DNA of 64,000 nt, taken from NCBI GenBank assembly GCA_044230075.1, contig JBGARS010000005.1, positions 52,799 to 116,798 on the forward strand, given 5' to 3'. This DNA is from Planctomycetota bacterium. GTDB taxonomy: Bacteria; Planctomycetota; UBA1135; UBA2386. The notes beneath the pieces were generated by a model. The model had not been told where the DNA came from, made no database searches, and saw nothing but the letters and a program-made list of their open reading frames with translations. Shown one piece after another: positions 1 through 10,068 of this stretch. A program made the position numbers and the translations under genes. Numbering within the stretch: position 1 is the stretch's first letter; each line of letters opens with the position of its first letter.

Positions 1-885
1 GGGAGCACGGTCACCCTGATCGACTACGACGGCGACGGCAGGCTCGACATCGTGTTCGGCGCTGGCGGGGGCCAGAGCCTACGGCTGGTGCACAACCAAC
101 TGCCGTCACCGTTCGTCGACGTCACCAACAGCCTGCTGCCGACGATGGCGGCGACCGCTACCACGATCGACGTCGACCGCGACGGTCGCCGCGACCTCTT
201 GTGCATGGACGCCGGTGGACTTCGGGTGTTCCGTTTCGTGGCCGGCGCGTTCGTCGAGGAGACCGCCCTGCGCATTCAACCGCCGTTGTTCGGCAACCTG
301 CCAGCCGTCGCCGACATCGACGCGGACGGTTGGGAGGACTTGGTCGGCCGCGATGCGCCGGTGCGATGCAACCAGAACGGCGTGTTCGTGCCCTACGTCG
401 GGTGGACACCTCTGTCGACGGCTGGTGCGACGGGCCAGCAGGTGCAGGCCTCCGCCTTCGGTGACTTCGACGGGGATGGTGACACCGACATGATCGTCGG
501 CTTCGGCGCACTGCGGAACCGGACTCGTGATCTGTTCGTCGCTCGGCCGTGGCGGCTCGGCATGCAGTCGGAACTGGTGCTGCAGGCGTACGGTGGTGAC
601 GGCATCGACCCGCAGTTCGCGTTGCTGATGCTGGCCAACGAGAAAGCCAACCCGGCGCTGCCGCTCCCGGGCATCGGCACACTGCGGCTGGACCCAGCCA
701 CCCTTCTGCTGCACTCGCTGCACGTATTCCCTGGCACCGGCGGCGAGGTGTCGGTGTTGTGCCACACACCCCTGATGCCGGGTCTGCTCGGCACCGGCTT
801 CTACACGCAGGCCCTGTTCCTGCACCGGCCCAGCACCGGCGAACTCCGGCTCAGCAACCTCTGCGAACAGCGCATTCGACTCTGA
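1..885 (+). CDS. FG-GAP/VCBS-type repeat protein, C-terminal part (5' end outside window)
   Basis: Frame 1 is open from nt 1 (GSTVTLIDYDGDGRLDIVFG...). It carries repeated DxDGDGxxD-type motifs (DYDGDGRLD, DVDRDGRRD, DIDADGWED, DFDGDGDTD). The last ~110 aa resemble the C-terminal module shared with four other proteins in the window. Confidence 0.75.
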   Translation, partial: GSTVTLIDYDGDGRLDIVFGAGGGQSLRLVHNQLPSPFVDVTNSLLPTMAATATTIDVDRDGRRDLLCMDAGGLRVFRFVAGAFVEETALRIQPPLFGNLPAVADIDADGWEDLVGRDAPVRCNQNGVFVPYVGWTPLSTAGATGQQVQASAFGDFDGDGDTDMIVGFGALRNRTRDLFVARPWRLGMQSELVLQAYGGDGIDPQFALLMLANEKANPALPLPGIGTLRLDPATLLLHSLHVFPGTGGEVSVLCHTPLMPGLLGTGFYTQALFLHRPSTGELRLSNLCEQRIRL

Positions 886-1028
886 TCAGAGGGCGGGGCG
901 GTTTGGTGTAGCTCCCGGAACGCGCCCCATCGTGAGCGCGGCAGCCGGATTCGAGGCCCGCCGCCGGAATCCGGTCACATGCAGGGGGGCCTCGGTCGCT
1001 CCAGGGGGAACCAAACCGAGGCCAACCC

Positions 1029-2654
1029 ATGTTCCCACTCGACCAGACCGTCTCCTCCTGCCTGTTCGGCTCGGCGTTGTCGCTGCTGTGCGCACCACTC
1101 GCCGCCCAGACCCATCTGATACTCGACGCCAACCCCGGCAGCGCCGGTTCGAGCACGAATGCGATCGCCGTGCTCGGCGAGCGGGCGATCTTCGCCGCGA
1201 TCGATGCCAGCGGCACGACGCTCTATTCGTCCGACGGCACGGCGGGCGGCACGACCGTCGTGCTGGCGGCGGGCACGATCTCGGCACCGGCGGAGATCGT
1301 GACCGCCGGCGACCGCGTGTTCTTCCCGGCAGGCACTTCGGCGACCGGCCTCGAGTTGTGGTCCTCCGATGGCACGACGGCGGGCACCGGCCTGGTGAAG
1401 GACATCCGGCCCGGCCCGTTCGGCAGCAACCCGCGAGCGCTCGCCGAGGTCGACGGCGTGCTCTACTTCGCGGCCGCCGAAGCAGGTGCCAACTACGAGC
1501 TGTGGCGCTCGGACGGCACCGACTCCGGCACCTGGCTGGTGAAGGAGATCCACACCACGCCGGGCACGGGTTCGAACCCGGCCGGCTTCACCAGGCTCGG
1601 CACGACCGGCAGCTTCCTGTTCGCCGCGACCGATGCGACCAGCGGCCGTGAGCTGTGGATCAGCGATGGCACCGCCGCGGGCACGTCGCTGGTCGCGGAC
1701 ATCGTGCCGGGTCCCGGCGGCGTCGCGTCCAGCAACCCGCTGTTCCTGGTCGCGTTCGGCGATCTCGTGGCGTTCGCGAAGGCGGACGAACTGTGGCTCT
1801 CGGACGGCACCGCCGCCGGCACCCATTCGCTGCTGACGTGTTCGCCGCGCCAGCTGGCGGTGCAGGGCGGCAAGCTGTTCTTCCAGGGCTACGACGCCGC
1901 GCACGGCAATGAACTCTGGGTCAGCGATGGCACGACCGCCGGCACGCATCTGCTGCTCGACATCTACGTCGGTGGTGTGCCGGCCTGGGGCAGCTTCCCG
2001 TTCGTGCTGACGCCGATCGGCAGCCGCTGGGTGTTCTTCTCGGCGTTCGACGCGTTCGGCGAAGAGCTCTGGCGCACCGATGGCGCGGTCACCGAGATGG
2101 TGCAGGACGTCAACGTCGGCTCGGCCTCGAGCTCGCCGCAGGCGAACGGCTATCCCGCCACGCACCTGCTGAACAGCCGCTTCGCCGTGACCGCAGCCGG
2201 CAAGATGTTCTTCGTCGCCAACGATGGCATGCACGGTCTCGAGCCGTTCGTGTTCGACACCGGCCTGCTCGCCGAGAGCACGCCGTTCGGCATCGGCTGC
2301 GGCGGCCTGTCGCTGACGGCGTCGCTGCCCTACATGGGCAGCATGGTGGACCTGACCACGACCGGTGTGCCGGCCACGACGGCGCTGTCGGTGAACCTGC
2401 TGAGTCTCACTGGCTACGACCCACCGATCGACGTGAGCTTCCTCGACATGCCGGGCTGCCACCTGCACTGCGGGCTCGACATCATGACCGTGCTGTTCGG
2501 CACCGGCACCGTGGTGCACACGCTCGACGTGGCGGACGACCCGACCTGGTTCGGCCTGGAGATCTTCAGCCAGACCTTCTCGTTCGTGCCCGGCATCAAC
2601 CCGTTCGGCGCGATCGGCAGCAACGGCGTGAAGCTGGTGGTCGGCGACCTGTAG
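1029..2654 (+). CDS. Secreted ELWxxDGT-repeat protein (541 aa)
   Basis: Signal peptide (…LLCAPLAAQ). At least six repeats of the ELW(S/R/I/V)SDGT(x)AGT…V(K/A)DI motif with 'GxxxSNP' spacers. The shared Cys-bearing C-terminal module is at nt 2286-2651. Confidence 0.85.
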   Translation: MFPLDQTVSSCLFGSALSLLCAPLAAQTHLILDANPGSAGSSTNAIAVLGERAIFAAIDASGTTLYSSDGTAGGTTVVLAAGTISAPAEIVTAGDRVFFPAGTSATGLELWSSDGTTAGTGLVKDIRPGPFGSNPRALAEVDGVLYFAAAEAGANYELWRSDGTDSGTWLVKEIHTTPGTGSNPAGFTRLGTTGSFLFAATDATSGRELWISDGTAAGTSLVADIVPGPGGVASSNPLFLVAFGDLVAFAKADELWLSDGTAAGTHSLLTCSPRQLAVQGGKLFFQGYDAAHGNELWVSDGTTAGTHLLLDIYVGGVPAWGSFPFVLTPIGSRWVFFSAFDAFGEELWRTDGAVTEMVQDVNVGSASSSPQANGYPATHLLNSRFAVTAAGKMFFVANDGMHGLEPFVFDTGLLAESTPFGIGCGGLSLTASLPYMGSMVDLTTTGVPATTALSVNLLSLTGYDPPIDVSFLDMPGCHLHCGLDIMTVLFGTGTVVHTLDVADDPTWFGLEIFSQTFSFVPGINPFGAIGSNGVKLVVGDL

Positions 2655-2751
2655 CGACGGGCACGAGCTCGCGGTTCGATCCGCCGCCGGGCCGACGGTT
2701 GCGGGTCGCGCCCTTGTCTGTGGCTTGCCGTCTCCGGCATAGTCGCACCCG

Positions 2752-4005
2752 ATGGCAGACACCTCGGGCCCCCGGACGTCGCTGGACCGGGCCAGCATCT
2801 CGATCCTTCTGCTCGAAGGCATCCACAAGAGCGCCATCGAGTTGTTCCACGCCGACGGCTACACGCAGGTCGTTGCGCACGAGAAGGCGCTGCCGGCCGG
2901 CGAACTGCAGCGGGCCCTGGCTTCGGTGCACATGCTCGGCATCCGTTCGCGCACGCAGCTCACCGACGAAGTGCTGGCCGCGGCGCCGAAGCTGATGGCG
3001 ATCGGCTGCTTCTGCATCGGCACCAACCAGGTGGCGCTCGACGTCGCGCGCCGGCGCGGCATCCCGGTGTGGAACGCGCCGTTCTCGAACACGCGCAGCG
3101 TCGCCGAGCTGGTGCTGGCGGAGATCGTGCTGCTGCTGCGCGGCATCCCGGCCAGGAACGCAGCCGCGCACCGCGGCGAGTGGATCAAGTCGGCGGCCGG
3201 TTCGCGCGAGGCGCGCGGCAAGGTGCTCGGCATCGTCGGCTACGGCCACATCGGCACGCAGGTCGGCGTGCTCGCCGAGGCCTTCGGCATGCAGGTGCAC
3301 TACTACGACATCGAGGCCAAGCTCGCGCTCGGCAACGCGACCGCGGTGCGCAGCCTCGATGTCTTGCTCGAACAGGCCGACGTGGTCACCTTGCACGTGC
3401 CAGAGACGGCGCAGACGCGCTGGATGATCGGCGCGGCGCAGCTCGCGCGCATGAAACCGGGCGCGTCGCTGGTCAACGCCTCGCGCGGCACCGTCGTCGA
3501 CCTCGACGCCGTCGCCAAAGCACTCGAGTCAGGGCGGCTCGCCGGTGCTGCGATCGACGTGTTCCCGCAGGAGCCGGAGTCGAACGACGCCGGCTTCGAG
3601 TCGCCGCTGCGCCGCTTCGACAACGTGATCCTGACGCCGCACGTCGGCGGCAGCACCGCCGAGGCGCAACAGAACATCGGCGGCGAAGTCGCCAGCAAGC
3701 TGCTGCGCTACAGCGACAACGGCTCGACGCTGACGGCGGTCAACTTCCCCGAGGTGTCGCTGCCCGAGCACACCGGCAAGCACCGCCTGCTGCACATCCA
3801 CCAGAACCGGCCCGGCATGCTGTCGCGCGTCAACGAGGTGTTCTCGAGCCAGCAGGTCAACGTCACCGCGCAGTTCCTGCAGACCGACGCCGAGATCGGC
3901 TACGTGGTGATCGATGTCGACCCGGGTGACCGCGACGACGCGCGGGCGCTGCACGGCGCGTTGGATGCCATTCCGGGCACGGTGCGCACGCGGCTGCTGT
4001 ACTGA
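2752..4005 (+). CDS. serA: D-3-phosphoglycerate dehydrogenase with C-terminal ACT domain (417 aa)
   Basis: Full-length resemblance to E. coli-type SerA: NAD-binding GIVGYGHIGTQVG, catalytic-region motifs SRG and TPHVGGST, and an ACT-like tail (HRLLHIHQNRPGMLSRVN). Confidence 0.93.
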   Translation: MADTSGPRTSLDRASISILLLEGIHKSAIELFHADGYTQVVAHEKALPAGELQRALASVHMLGIRSRTQLTDEVLAAAPKLMAIGCFCIGTNQVALDVARRRGIPVWNAPFSNTRSVAELVLAEIVLLLRGIPARNAAAHRGEWIKSAAGSREARGKVLGIVGYGHIGTQVGVLAEAFGMQVHYYDIEAKLALGNATAVRSLDVLLEQADVVTLHVPETAQTRWMIGAAQLARMKPGASLVNASRGTVVDLDAVAKALESGRLAGAAIDVFPQEPESNDAGFESPLRRFDNVILTPHVGGSTAEAQQNIGGEVASKLLRYSDNGSTLTAVNFPEVSLPEHTGKHRLLHIHQNRPGMLSRVNEVFSSQQVNVTAQFLQTDAEIGYVVIDVDPGDRDDARALHGALDAIPGTVRTRLLY

Positions 4006-4049
4006 GAACGTTCCGCCGGCGCGCACGGGCCGCTACGCTCTCTGCCCCG

Positions 4050-5774
4050 ATGCGCCTGTCCCAGATCCTGATCTCCACCCTGCGCGACGACCCCGCCGAC
4101 GCAGAGATCCCCAGCCACAAGCTGCTCGCCCGCGCCGGCCTGATCGTCAAGACCGCGGCCGGCGTCTACACCTATGCGCCGCTGATGTGGCGCGTGGTGA
4201 AGAAGTTCGCGCAGATCGTGCGCGATGAGCTCGACGCCGAGGGCGCCAACGAAGTGATGCTGCCGATCATCCAGCCGAAGGAGCTGTGGGTCGCGAGCGG
4301 CCGTTGGGAGCGCTACGTGCGCGACGGCATCATGTTCACGCTGAAGGACCGCAAGGGCACCGACATGTGCCTCGGGCCGACGCACGAGGAGGTGATGACC
4401 GCCTACGTGAACGCGCAGGTCAACAGCTACAAGCAGATGCCGGTCAACTGCTACCAGATCCAGGACAAGTTCCGCGACGAGATCCGGCCGCGCTTCGGCC
4501 TGATGCGCGGGCGCGAGTTCCTGATGATGGACGCCTACTCGTTCGACGCCGACACCGCGGGACTCGACGTCGCCTACCAGAAGATGCGCGCGGCCTACTG
4601 CCGCATCTTCGAGCGCTGCGGCCTCCAGTACACCGTCGTGCAGGCGGACAGCGGCGCGATCGGCGGTGCTGGCAGCGAGGAGTTCATGGTGATCGCCGAT
4701 TCCGGCGAGGACTCGATCCTCTACTGCCAGGAGAGCGGCTACGCGGCCAACGTCGAGAAGGCGCAAAGCGTGCTGCCCGACGCGCCCGCCGGCGGCGAGC
4801 CACGGTCGATGCAGAGGATCGCCACGCCCGACGTGAAGACCGTTGCACAGCTCGAAGCGTTCTTCCCCGGCTGGGTCGCGGGCCGCATGGCGAAGACCCT
4901 GATCTACCACGTGACGTGGAAGGACAAGGAGAAGGTGATCGCGGTGATGATGCGCGGCGACCTCGAACTCAACGAGGTCAAGCTGGTCAACGCGCTCGAC
5001 GCGCTGACGGTGCGCCTCGCCACCGACGAGGAGATCAAGGCCGCGACCGGTGCCGACACCGGGTTCGCCGGGCCCGTCGGCCTGCCGGAGTCCGTGCCGC
5101 TGCTCGCCGACGAGTCGCTGAAGGAGCGCACCAACCTGCTGGTCGGCTGCAACGAGACCGGCTTCCACTGCCTCGACGTCAACCTCGGCCGCGACTGCCG
5201 CATGCCGTCGTGGAAGGAGCTGCGCCTCGCGCGCGCCGGCGAAGGTTGCCCGGTGTCCGGCAAGCCGCTGCAGCAGGCGCGCGGCATCGAGGTCGGCCAC
5301 ATCTTCAAGCTCGGCATCAAGTACAGCAAGGCGATGCAGGCGACGTTCATGGACCAGGGCGGCAAGCCCACACCGTTCGTGATGGGCTGCTACGGCATCG
5401 GCGTGTCGCGCACGCCCGCCGCCGCGGTCGAGCAGAACTTCGACGACAAGGGCATCGTCTGGCCGCCCGCGATCGCGCCGTTCGAGTGCGTCGTGGCGAT
5501 GCTCGATCCCAAGCGCGAGGAGCAGGTCGCGCTCGCCGACAAGCTGTATGGCGAGCTGAAGCAGGCCGGCGTCGACGTCTGTCTCGACGACCGCGCGATG
5601 AGCCCCGGCGCGAAGTTCAAGGACAACGAACTGCTGGGGTTCCCGGTACAGGTGTTCGTCGGCAGGAAGGCCGCGGAGGGACAGGTCGAGTTCCTGGTGC
5701 GGCGCGGCATGGTGAAGAGCGAGTGTGCGGCGGGGGAAGTGCGCGCCAAGGTGCTGGCGGCGTTGGGGCGGTAG
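4050..5774 (+). CDS. proS: Proline--tRNA ligase, bacterial type with editing insertion (574 aa)
   Basis: MRLSQILISTLRDDPADAEIPSHKLLARAGLI…, class II motifs (FRDEIRPRFGLMRGREFLMMDAYSF; GCYGIGVSR), and an insertion domain between motifs 2 and 3. Confidence 0.95.
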   Translation: MRLSQILISTLRDDPADAEIPSHKLLARAGLIVKTAAGVYTYAPLMWRVVKKFAQIVRDELDAEGANEVMLPIIQPKELWVASGRWERYVRDGIMFTLKDRKGTDMCLGPTHEEVMTAYVNAQVNSYKQMPVNCYQIQDKFRDEIRPRFGLMRGREFLMMDAYSFDADTAGLDVAYQKMRAAYCRIFERCGLQYTVVQADSGAIGGAGSEEFMVIADSGEDSILYCQESGYAANVEKAQSVLPDAPAGGEPRSMQRIATPDVKTVAQLEAFFPGWVAGRMAKTLIYHVTWKDKEKVIAVMMRGDLELNEVKLVNALDALTVRLATDEEIKAATGADTGFAGPVGLPESVPLLADESLKERTNLLVGCNETGFHCLDVNLGRDCRMPSWKELRLARAGEGCPVSGKPLQQARGIEVGHIFKLGIKYSKAMQATFMDQGGKPTPFVMGCYGIGVSRTPAAAVEQNFDDKGIVWPPAIAPFECVVAMLDPKREEQVALADKLYGELKQAGVDVCLDDRAMSPGAKFKDNELLGFPVQVFVGRKAAEGQVEFLVRRGMVKSECAAGEVRAKVLAALGR

Positions 5775-5870
5775 GGGAAGGGGGGCTTCTCGCGTCGCGC
5801 AGGGGTCGCTACCGTGCGCGGCCTGCATGCGTCGCGATGGGCGAGCGCTGCGTCGAGAAGGACTCCCTCC

Positions 5871-8405
5871 GTGCGATCGAAACCCACCCCTGCGTTGCTG
5901 CCGCTGCTCTGCTTCGTGTTGGTCGCCGGCTTCGCGCCGGCGCAGTGCGACCTGGAGTGGGCGCCGGGTGACGGTTTGCCCGGCACCAACGGTACGGTCT
6001 ACGCGACTACATCGTGGGATCCGGATGGCGCCGGGCCTGCCGACCCGCTGGTGGTCGTCGGCGGCCACTTCGATCGCGTCGGCCCGCTGGCGACCCCGAG
6101 CATCGCGGCATGGGATCCGGCGACTGGCACTTGGAGCGCGTTCGGCAGCGGCATCCTCGGCAGCGTTGCGGCGCTGGCCGTGATGCCGAATGGCGACCTC
6201 GTCGCGGGTGGCTACTGGATCACGCCCGGCGGCACCGTGATCGATCGCATGATGCGTTGGGACGGCACGGGCTGGGTGCCATTCGGCTTCGGCACCGTTG
6301 GCAGCGTGATGTCGCTGCTGGTGACGTCGAGCGGTGACCTGCTGGTCGGCGGTGACTTCGACTTGGCCGGCGGCGTGCCGGCCAGCGGGATCGCGAAGTG
6401 GGATGGCTCGTCGTGGTCGCAGTTCGGCGTGGCTCCGGGCATCACCACCAGCACGGGAACGCGGCTCGTGAATGCGCTCATCGAGTTGCCGACCGGCGAC
6501 ATCGTCGTCGCCGGTCGCTTCACGCACGCTGGCGGTGCTGTGGTCAACAGCCTCACGCGCTGGGACGGGACCACATGGCAGACGTTCGGCCCGGGCCTGC
6601 CGCCGGGCGGGCTCGACCAGATCCGCGTGTTGCACCGGCTGCCGAACGGGGACCTGATCGCCGGTGGCCTGTTCTTCAGCATCGGCGGTGTGATCGTCAA
6701 CCACATCGCGCGCTGGGATGGCGCCACCTGGCACCCGCTCGGATCCGGCGTCAGCTGGGCGATGAACGGCTCGGGTGTGTATTCGGTGAGCGCGCGACCC
6801 AACGGCGACCTCGCGGTCGGTGGTTACTTCACGCAGGCCAGCGGCCAGTCGGCCAACGGCATCGCGCAGTGGAACGGCAGCAACTGGGCGCCGATGGCCG
6901 GCGGTGGCTCCACCAACACGCAGCTCGTGTTGCCGAACGGCGACCTGATCGCCGGCGGTGCGTTCAAGGGCACCGGCGAGGGAGTGTCCCGCTGGGACGG
7001 CACCGCCTGGAATGCCCTGGCGACGGGCTTCAACGATCGGATCACGAGCCTCGCCGTGCTGCCGAACGGCAACGTCGTGGCTGGCGGCTACTTCACCTAT
7101 GCCGGTTCCGGGCCGGTCGGGCGGATCGCCGTCACGGATGGCACCTCCTGGTCATCGCTGGGTTCGGGCATGACATCGACGACGCTGTCCTCTCCCTACG
7201 TGCGGTTGCTTGCGGTGGCACCGAACGGGGACCTGTTCGCGGCGGGCTACTTCACCCACGCGGGGGGTGTGGCTGCTGCGGGCATCGCGCGCTGGGACGG
7301 AACGGCGTGGTGGCCGCTGGGCGCCTTCAACAACTCCTCGCTGAATGCGATGCTGGTGACGTCCAACGGCGACCTGGTGGTGGCGGGCAACTTCAGCACC
7401 ATCGGCGGCGTCACTGCGAAGGGCGTCGCTCGCTGGGATGGTGTTGCCTGGCACGCAATGGGTGCTGGCATGACCTCGACGGTGCGCGCGTTGGCCGTGC
7501 TGCCGAACGGCGATCCGGTTGCCGCCGGCGACTTCCTGATGGCCGATGGCGTGGTGGCCAATCGGGTCGCGAGCTGGGACGGTACGACGTGGGCGCCACT
7601 CGGCGCCGGTCTGCCGGGCAACGCGTCGAGTCTGGTGGTGATGGCGAACGGCGACCTCGTCGCCACCGGTACGTTCGGCATGAACCAGCGATGGAACGGC
7701 AGCAGCTGGAGTTCGCTCGGCTCCGGGCTGGCTGGCGCGCCCAATGCCCTGTTGTCGTTGCCCAACGGCGACCTCTTGGCTGGCGGGTTGTCGTCGCTGG
7801 TGACCGTCTCGGGACTGGTGACGATGGCGCGTTGGTCGGCCGGATCGTGGACGCCGTTGCCGACCTGGCCGGCCGGGAGCGTGCTGGCGATGGTGCGACA
7901 GGTCGACGGCAGCATTGCGGTGGGTGGCACCTTCGCTGCGGTTGGCAGCCAGACGTCGGCGTACCTGGCTCGCCTCACCAGCCCATGCCCTGCGGCGGTG
8001 ACCGGCTTCGCCGCCGGTTGTCCCAGCTCCGGGGGCAGCAATACTCTCACTGCCGTGACCCTGCCGTGGGTCGACAGCACGTTCCGCGCCACCGGCACCG
8101 GTCTGCCGACGTCGGCGATCGTGCTCGCGCTGACCAGCGTGAACGCCGTCGCGCCGCCGCTGGCGCTGTCGTCGGTGTTCGCCGAGGCGCCGGTCGGTTG
8201 CGACCTGCACGTCGCACCCGATATCGTCGAGACGCTGTTCACTGCGAACGGCACCGCGACCTCGCAGCTGTTCCTGCCGAACACACCGCCGCTGGTCGGC
8301 GTGACCTTCTTCCACCAGATGGTGCCGATCGAGGTCGATCCGCTGCTGAACTTCGTCCAGATCACGGCGACCAACGTGCTGCAGCTGACCGCGGGACAGT
8401 TCTGA
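5871..8405 (+). CDS. Secreted protein of ~14 tandem 47-aa Kelch-like beta-propeller blades plus shared C-terminal module
   Basis: The ORF is open from 5814. An in-frame GTG at 5871 preceded by GAGAAGGA gives a clean signal peptide (RSKPTPALLPLLCFVLVAGFAPAQ). The repeat unit is W(D/N)GxxWxxLGxGxxxxVxALxxLPNGDLVAGGxFTxAGG. C-terminal module at 7986-8402. Start uncertain. Confidence 0.8.
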   Translation: MRSKPTPALLPLLCFVLVAGFAPAQCDLEWAPGDGLPGTNGTVYATTSWDPDGAGPADPLVVVGGHFDRVGPLATPSIAAWDPATGTWSAFGSGILGSVAALAVMPNGDLVAGGYWITPGGTVIDRMMRWDGTGWVPFGFGTVGSVMSLLVTSSGDLLVGGDFDLAGGVPASGIAKWDGSSWSQFGVAPGITTSTGTRLVNALIELPTGDIVVAGRFTHAGGAVVNSLTRWDGTTWQTFGPGLPPGGLDQIRVLHRLPNGDLIAGGLFFSIGGVIVNHIARWDGATWHPLGSGVSWAMNGSGVYSVSARPNGDLAVGGYFTQASGQSANGIAQWNGSNWAPMAGGGSTNTQLVLPNGDLIAGGAFKGTGEGVSRWDGTAWNALATGFNDRITSLAVLPNGNVVAGGYFTYAGSGPVGRIAVTDGTSWSSLGSGMTSTTLSSPYVRLLAVAPNGDLFAAGYFTHAGGVAAAGIARWDGTAWWPLGAFNNSSLNAMLVTSNGDLVVAGNFSTIGGVTAKGVARWDGVAWHAMGAGMTSTVRALAVLPNGDPVAAGDFLMADGVVANRVASWDGTTWAPLGAGLPGNASSLVVMANGDLVATGTFGMNQRWNGSSWSSLGSGLAGAPNALLSLPNGDLLAGGLSSLVTVSGLVTMARWSAGSWTPLPTWPAGSVLAMVRQVDGSIAVGGTFAAVGSQTSAYLARLTSPCPAAVTGFAAGCPSSGGSNTLTAVTLPWVDSTFRATGTGLPTSAIVLALTSVNAVAPPLALSSVFAEAPVGCDLHVAPDIVETLFTANGTATSQLFLPNTPPLVGVTFFHQMVPIEVDPLLNFVQITATNVLQLTAGQF

Positions 8406-8470
8406 GTCGCCGGGCGCGGTGCCGCCACACGGTGCTTCCCGCCGGCGGGCCGCCGCGCTGCAATGCGCGC

Positions 8471-9982
8471 ATGTTCCGCGCCTGCCGTTCGGTGCTTCTG
8501 CCCACCCTGCTCGCCGTCGCCGCCGCTGGCTGCACCACGCCGGTGTCGATGGACCAGCCGCCCGCCTACGCGCGCACCGGCCAGGAACAGCTGCCGTATG
8601 AACAGCAGAACCAGGCCTGGCGCTGGCTCGACGTGATGCAGGAGGCGGCGGCGCGCGACGTCGATGCGTTCGGCGCGCGGCCGACGGTGCTGTCGCGGCA
8701 GATGATGTTGTGGGCCGTCGCGATGTTCGACGCGTGGGCGGCCTACGACGCCACCGCCGTCGGCACGTGCTTCGGCGGCGCGTTGCGGCGCCCGTCTGCC
8801 GAACGCACGCAAGCCAACAAGGGGATCGCGGTCAGCTACGCGAGCTACCGCGCGCTGGTCGGCGCGTTCCCGGCGCAGCGAGGCTTCCTGCGGGCGGAGA
8901 TGCAGCGCCTCGGCTTCGATCCAGACGATGCGTCGACCGACGTCACGACGCCGCAGGGCATCGGCAACGTGGTCGCAACCGCTGTGCTCGAGCGCCGGGC
9001 CGACGATGGCGCCAACGCCGATGGTTCCATGCCCGGCGGCGACGGCACGCCGTACGGCGACTACACCGGCTACCGGCCGGTCAACCCGGTCGATCGCATC
9101 GTCGACCCCGACCGTTGGCAGCCGATCGAGTTCACGCGGCCCGATGGCACGAAGTTCACGCCGGGCTTCCTGACGCCACAATGGGGTCTGGTGCGGCCGT
9201 TCGCCTTGCTGTCCGCCGACCAGTTCCGCGCCGAGCCGCCGCCGACCACGAAGTCCGCCGATGCCGAGTTGCGCGCGCAGACGGCGAGGGTGCTGCAACT
9301 CAACGCGACGCTGAGCGAGGCCGACAAGGCGCTCGTCGAGTTCATGCGCGACGGCCCGCGCTCGACCGGCCAGAGCGGCCACTGGCTGCGGTTCGCGCAG
9401 GACGTCTCGCGCCGCGACGGCAACGACCTCGACCGTGACGTGAAGCTCTACTTCGCCGTCGCGGTCGCCGCGTTCGACGCGTTCATCACCTGCTGGGAGA
9501 CGAAGCGGCACTACGACACGTCGCGGCCGTGGACGCTGGTGCGGCACTACTACCGCGGCCAACTGGTGCGCGGCTGGGCCGGACCCGAGGGTGGCACCGT
9601 CGAACTGCCGGCCGAGCAGTGGCACCCGTACTCGCCGTTGCTGTTCGTCACGCCGCCGTTCCCCGGCTACACGAGCGGCCACGCGACTGTCAGCGGCGCC
9701 TGCTCGAAGATCCTCGAGCTGTTCACCGGCAGCGATCGCTACGGCACCAAGGAAGTGCGCCGCTGCTGCGTGCTGACCGAACAACACGCCGGCAGCATCG
9801 CGACGCTGGACCTGCCGACGTTCTCGGCCGTGGCCGAGATGGCCGCACGATCGCGCGCGATGGGCGGCTACCACATCCCGATCGACAACGACGTCGGGCT
9901 GCGCATCGGCCGCGAACTCGCGACCTGGTCGTGGCCGCGCTACCAGCAGTGGTTCGACGGCACGGCGGTGCCGGCGCGCTGA
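8471..9982 (+). CDS. PAP2-superfamily lipoprotein, vanadium-haloperoxidase/acid-phosphatase-like (503 aa)
   Basis: Internal ATG of ORF 6398..9982. Lipobox LLAVAAAGC. All three PAP2 motifs are present: K-x6-RP (ETKRHYDTSRPW), SGH (PGYTSGHATV) and SR-x5-H-x3-D (ARSRAMGGYHIPIDND). Confidence 0.8.
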   Translation: MFRACRSVLLPTLLAVAAAGCTTPVSMDQPPAYARTGQEQLPYEQQNQAWRWLDVMQEAAARDVDAFGARPTVLSRQMMLWAVAMFDAWAAYDATAVGTCFGGALRRPSAERTQANKGIAVSYASYRALVGAFPAQRGFLRAEMQRLGFDPDDASTDVTTPQGIGNVVATAVLERRADDGANADGSMPGGDGTPYGDYTGYRPVNPVDRIVDPDRWQPIEFTRPDGTKFTPGFLTPQWGLVRPFALLSADQFRAEPPPTTKSADAELRAQTARVLQLNATLSEADKALVEFMRDGPRSTGQSGHWLRFAQDVSRRDGNDLDRDVKLYFAVAVAAFDAFITCWETKRHYDTSRPWTLVRHYYRGQLVRGWAGPEGGTVELPAEQWHPYSPLLFVTPPFPGYTSGHATVSGACSKILELFTGSDRYGTKEVRRCCVLTEQHAGSIATLDLPTFSAVAEMAARSRAMGGYHIPIDNDVGLRIGRELATWSWPRYQQWFDGTAVPAR

Positions 9983-9988
9983 CGAGGA

Positions 9989-10021
9989 CCGGCACCACAA
10001 CGTCGTAGTGGTTGGTGCCGG
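9989..10021 (+). terminator. Hairpin after the PAP2-family gene
   Basis: CCGGCACCA (9989-9997) pairs perfectly with TGGTGCCGG (10013-10021) across a 15-nt loop, 7 nt after the stop. There is no U-tract. Confidence 0.4.
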
Positions 10022-10068
10022 ACACCCGCCGATGGTCGGCAGCGACCTTCGCCCGGTATCCTGCCGCG

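Noticed and set aside
975-2837. 620-aa minus-strand ORF antisense to the ELWxxDGT gene
   Set aside because: It is a shadow ORF typical of very GC-rich DNA. The translation is Arg/Ala/Gly/Asp-rich and low in complexity with no motifs, while the plus strand encodes a clearly structured repeat protein with a signal peptide.
3900-6734. 944-aa minus-strand ORF spanning proS and the start of the repeat-protein gene
   Set aside because: It lies antisense to proS, whose identity is unambiguous. Its composition is R/A/G/H-rich and featureless, and stop codons are simply rare in this frame because of GC content.
7247-10000. 917-aa minus-strand ORF, and the 1194-aa plus-strand ORF 6398..9982
   Set aside because: The minus ORF is antisense to two well-supported genes. 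Only the last 503 codons (from ATG 8471, with lipobox and PAP2 motifs) of the long plus ORF are real; its upstream part is an out-of-frame read-through of the repeat gene.
10012-10068. Longer 105-aa version of the carrier-protein ORF starting at 10012
   Set aside because: The extra 19 codons overlap the 3' arm of the terminator-like hairpin after the upstream gene and read as non-coding (MVPDTRRWSAATFARYPAA). ATG 10069 starts exactly at the conserved GLDS motif.
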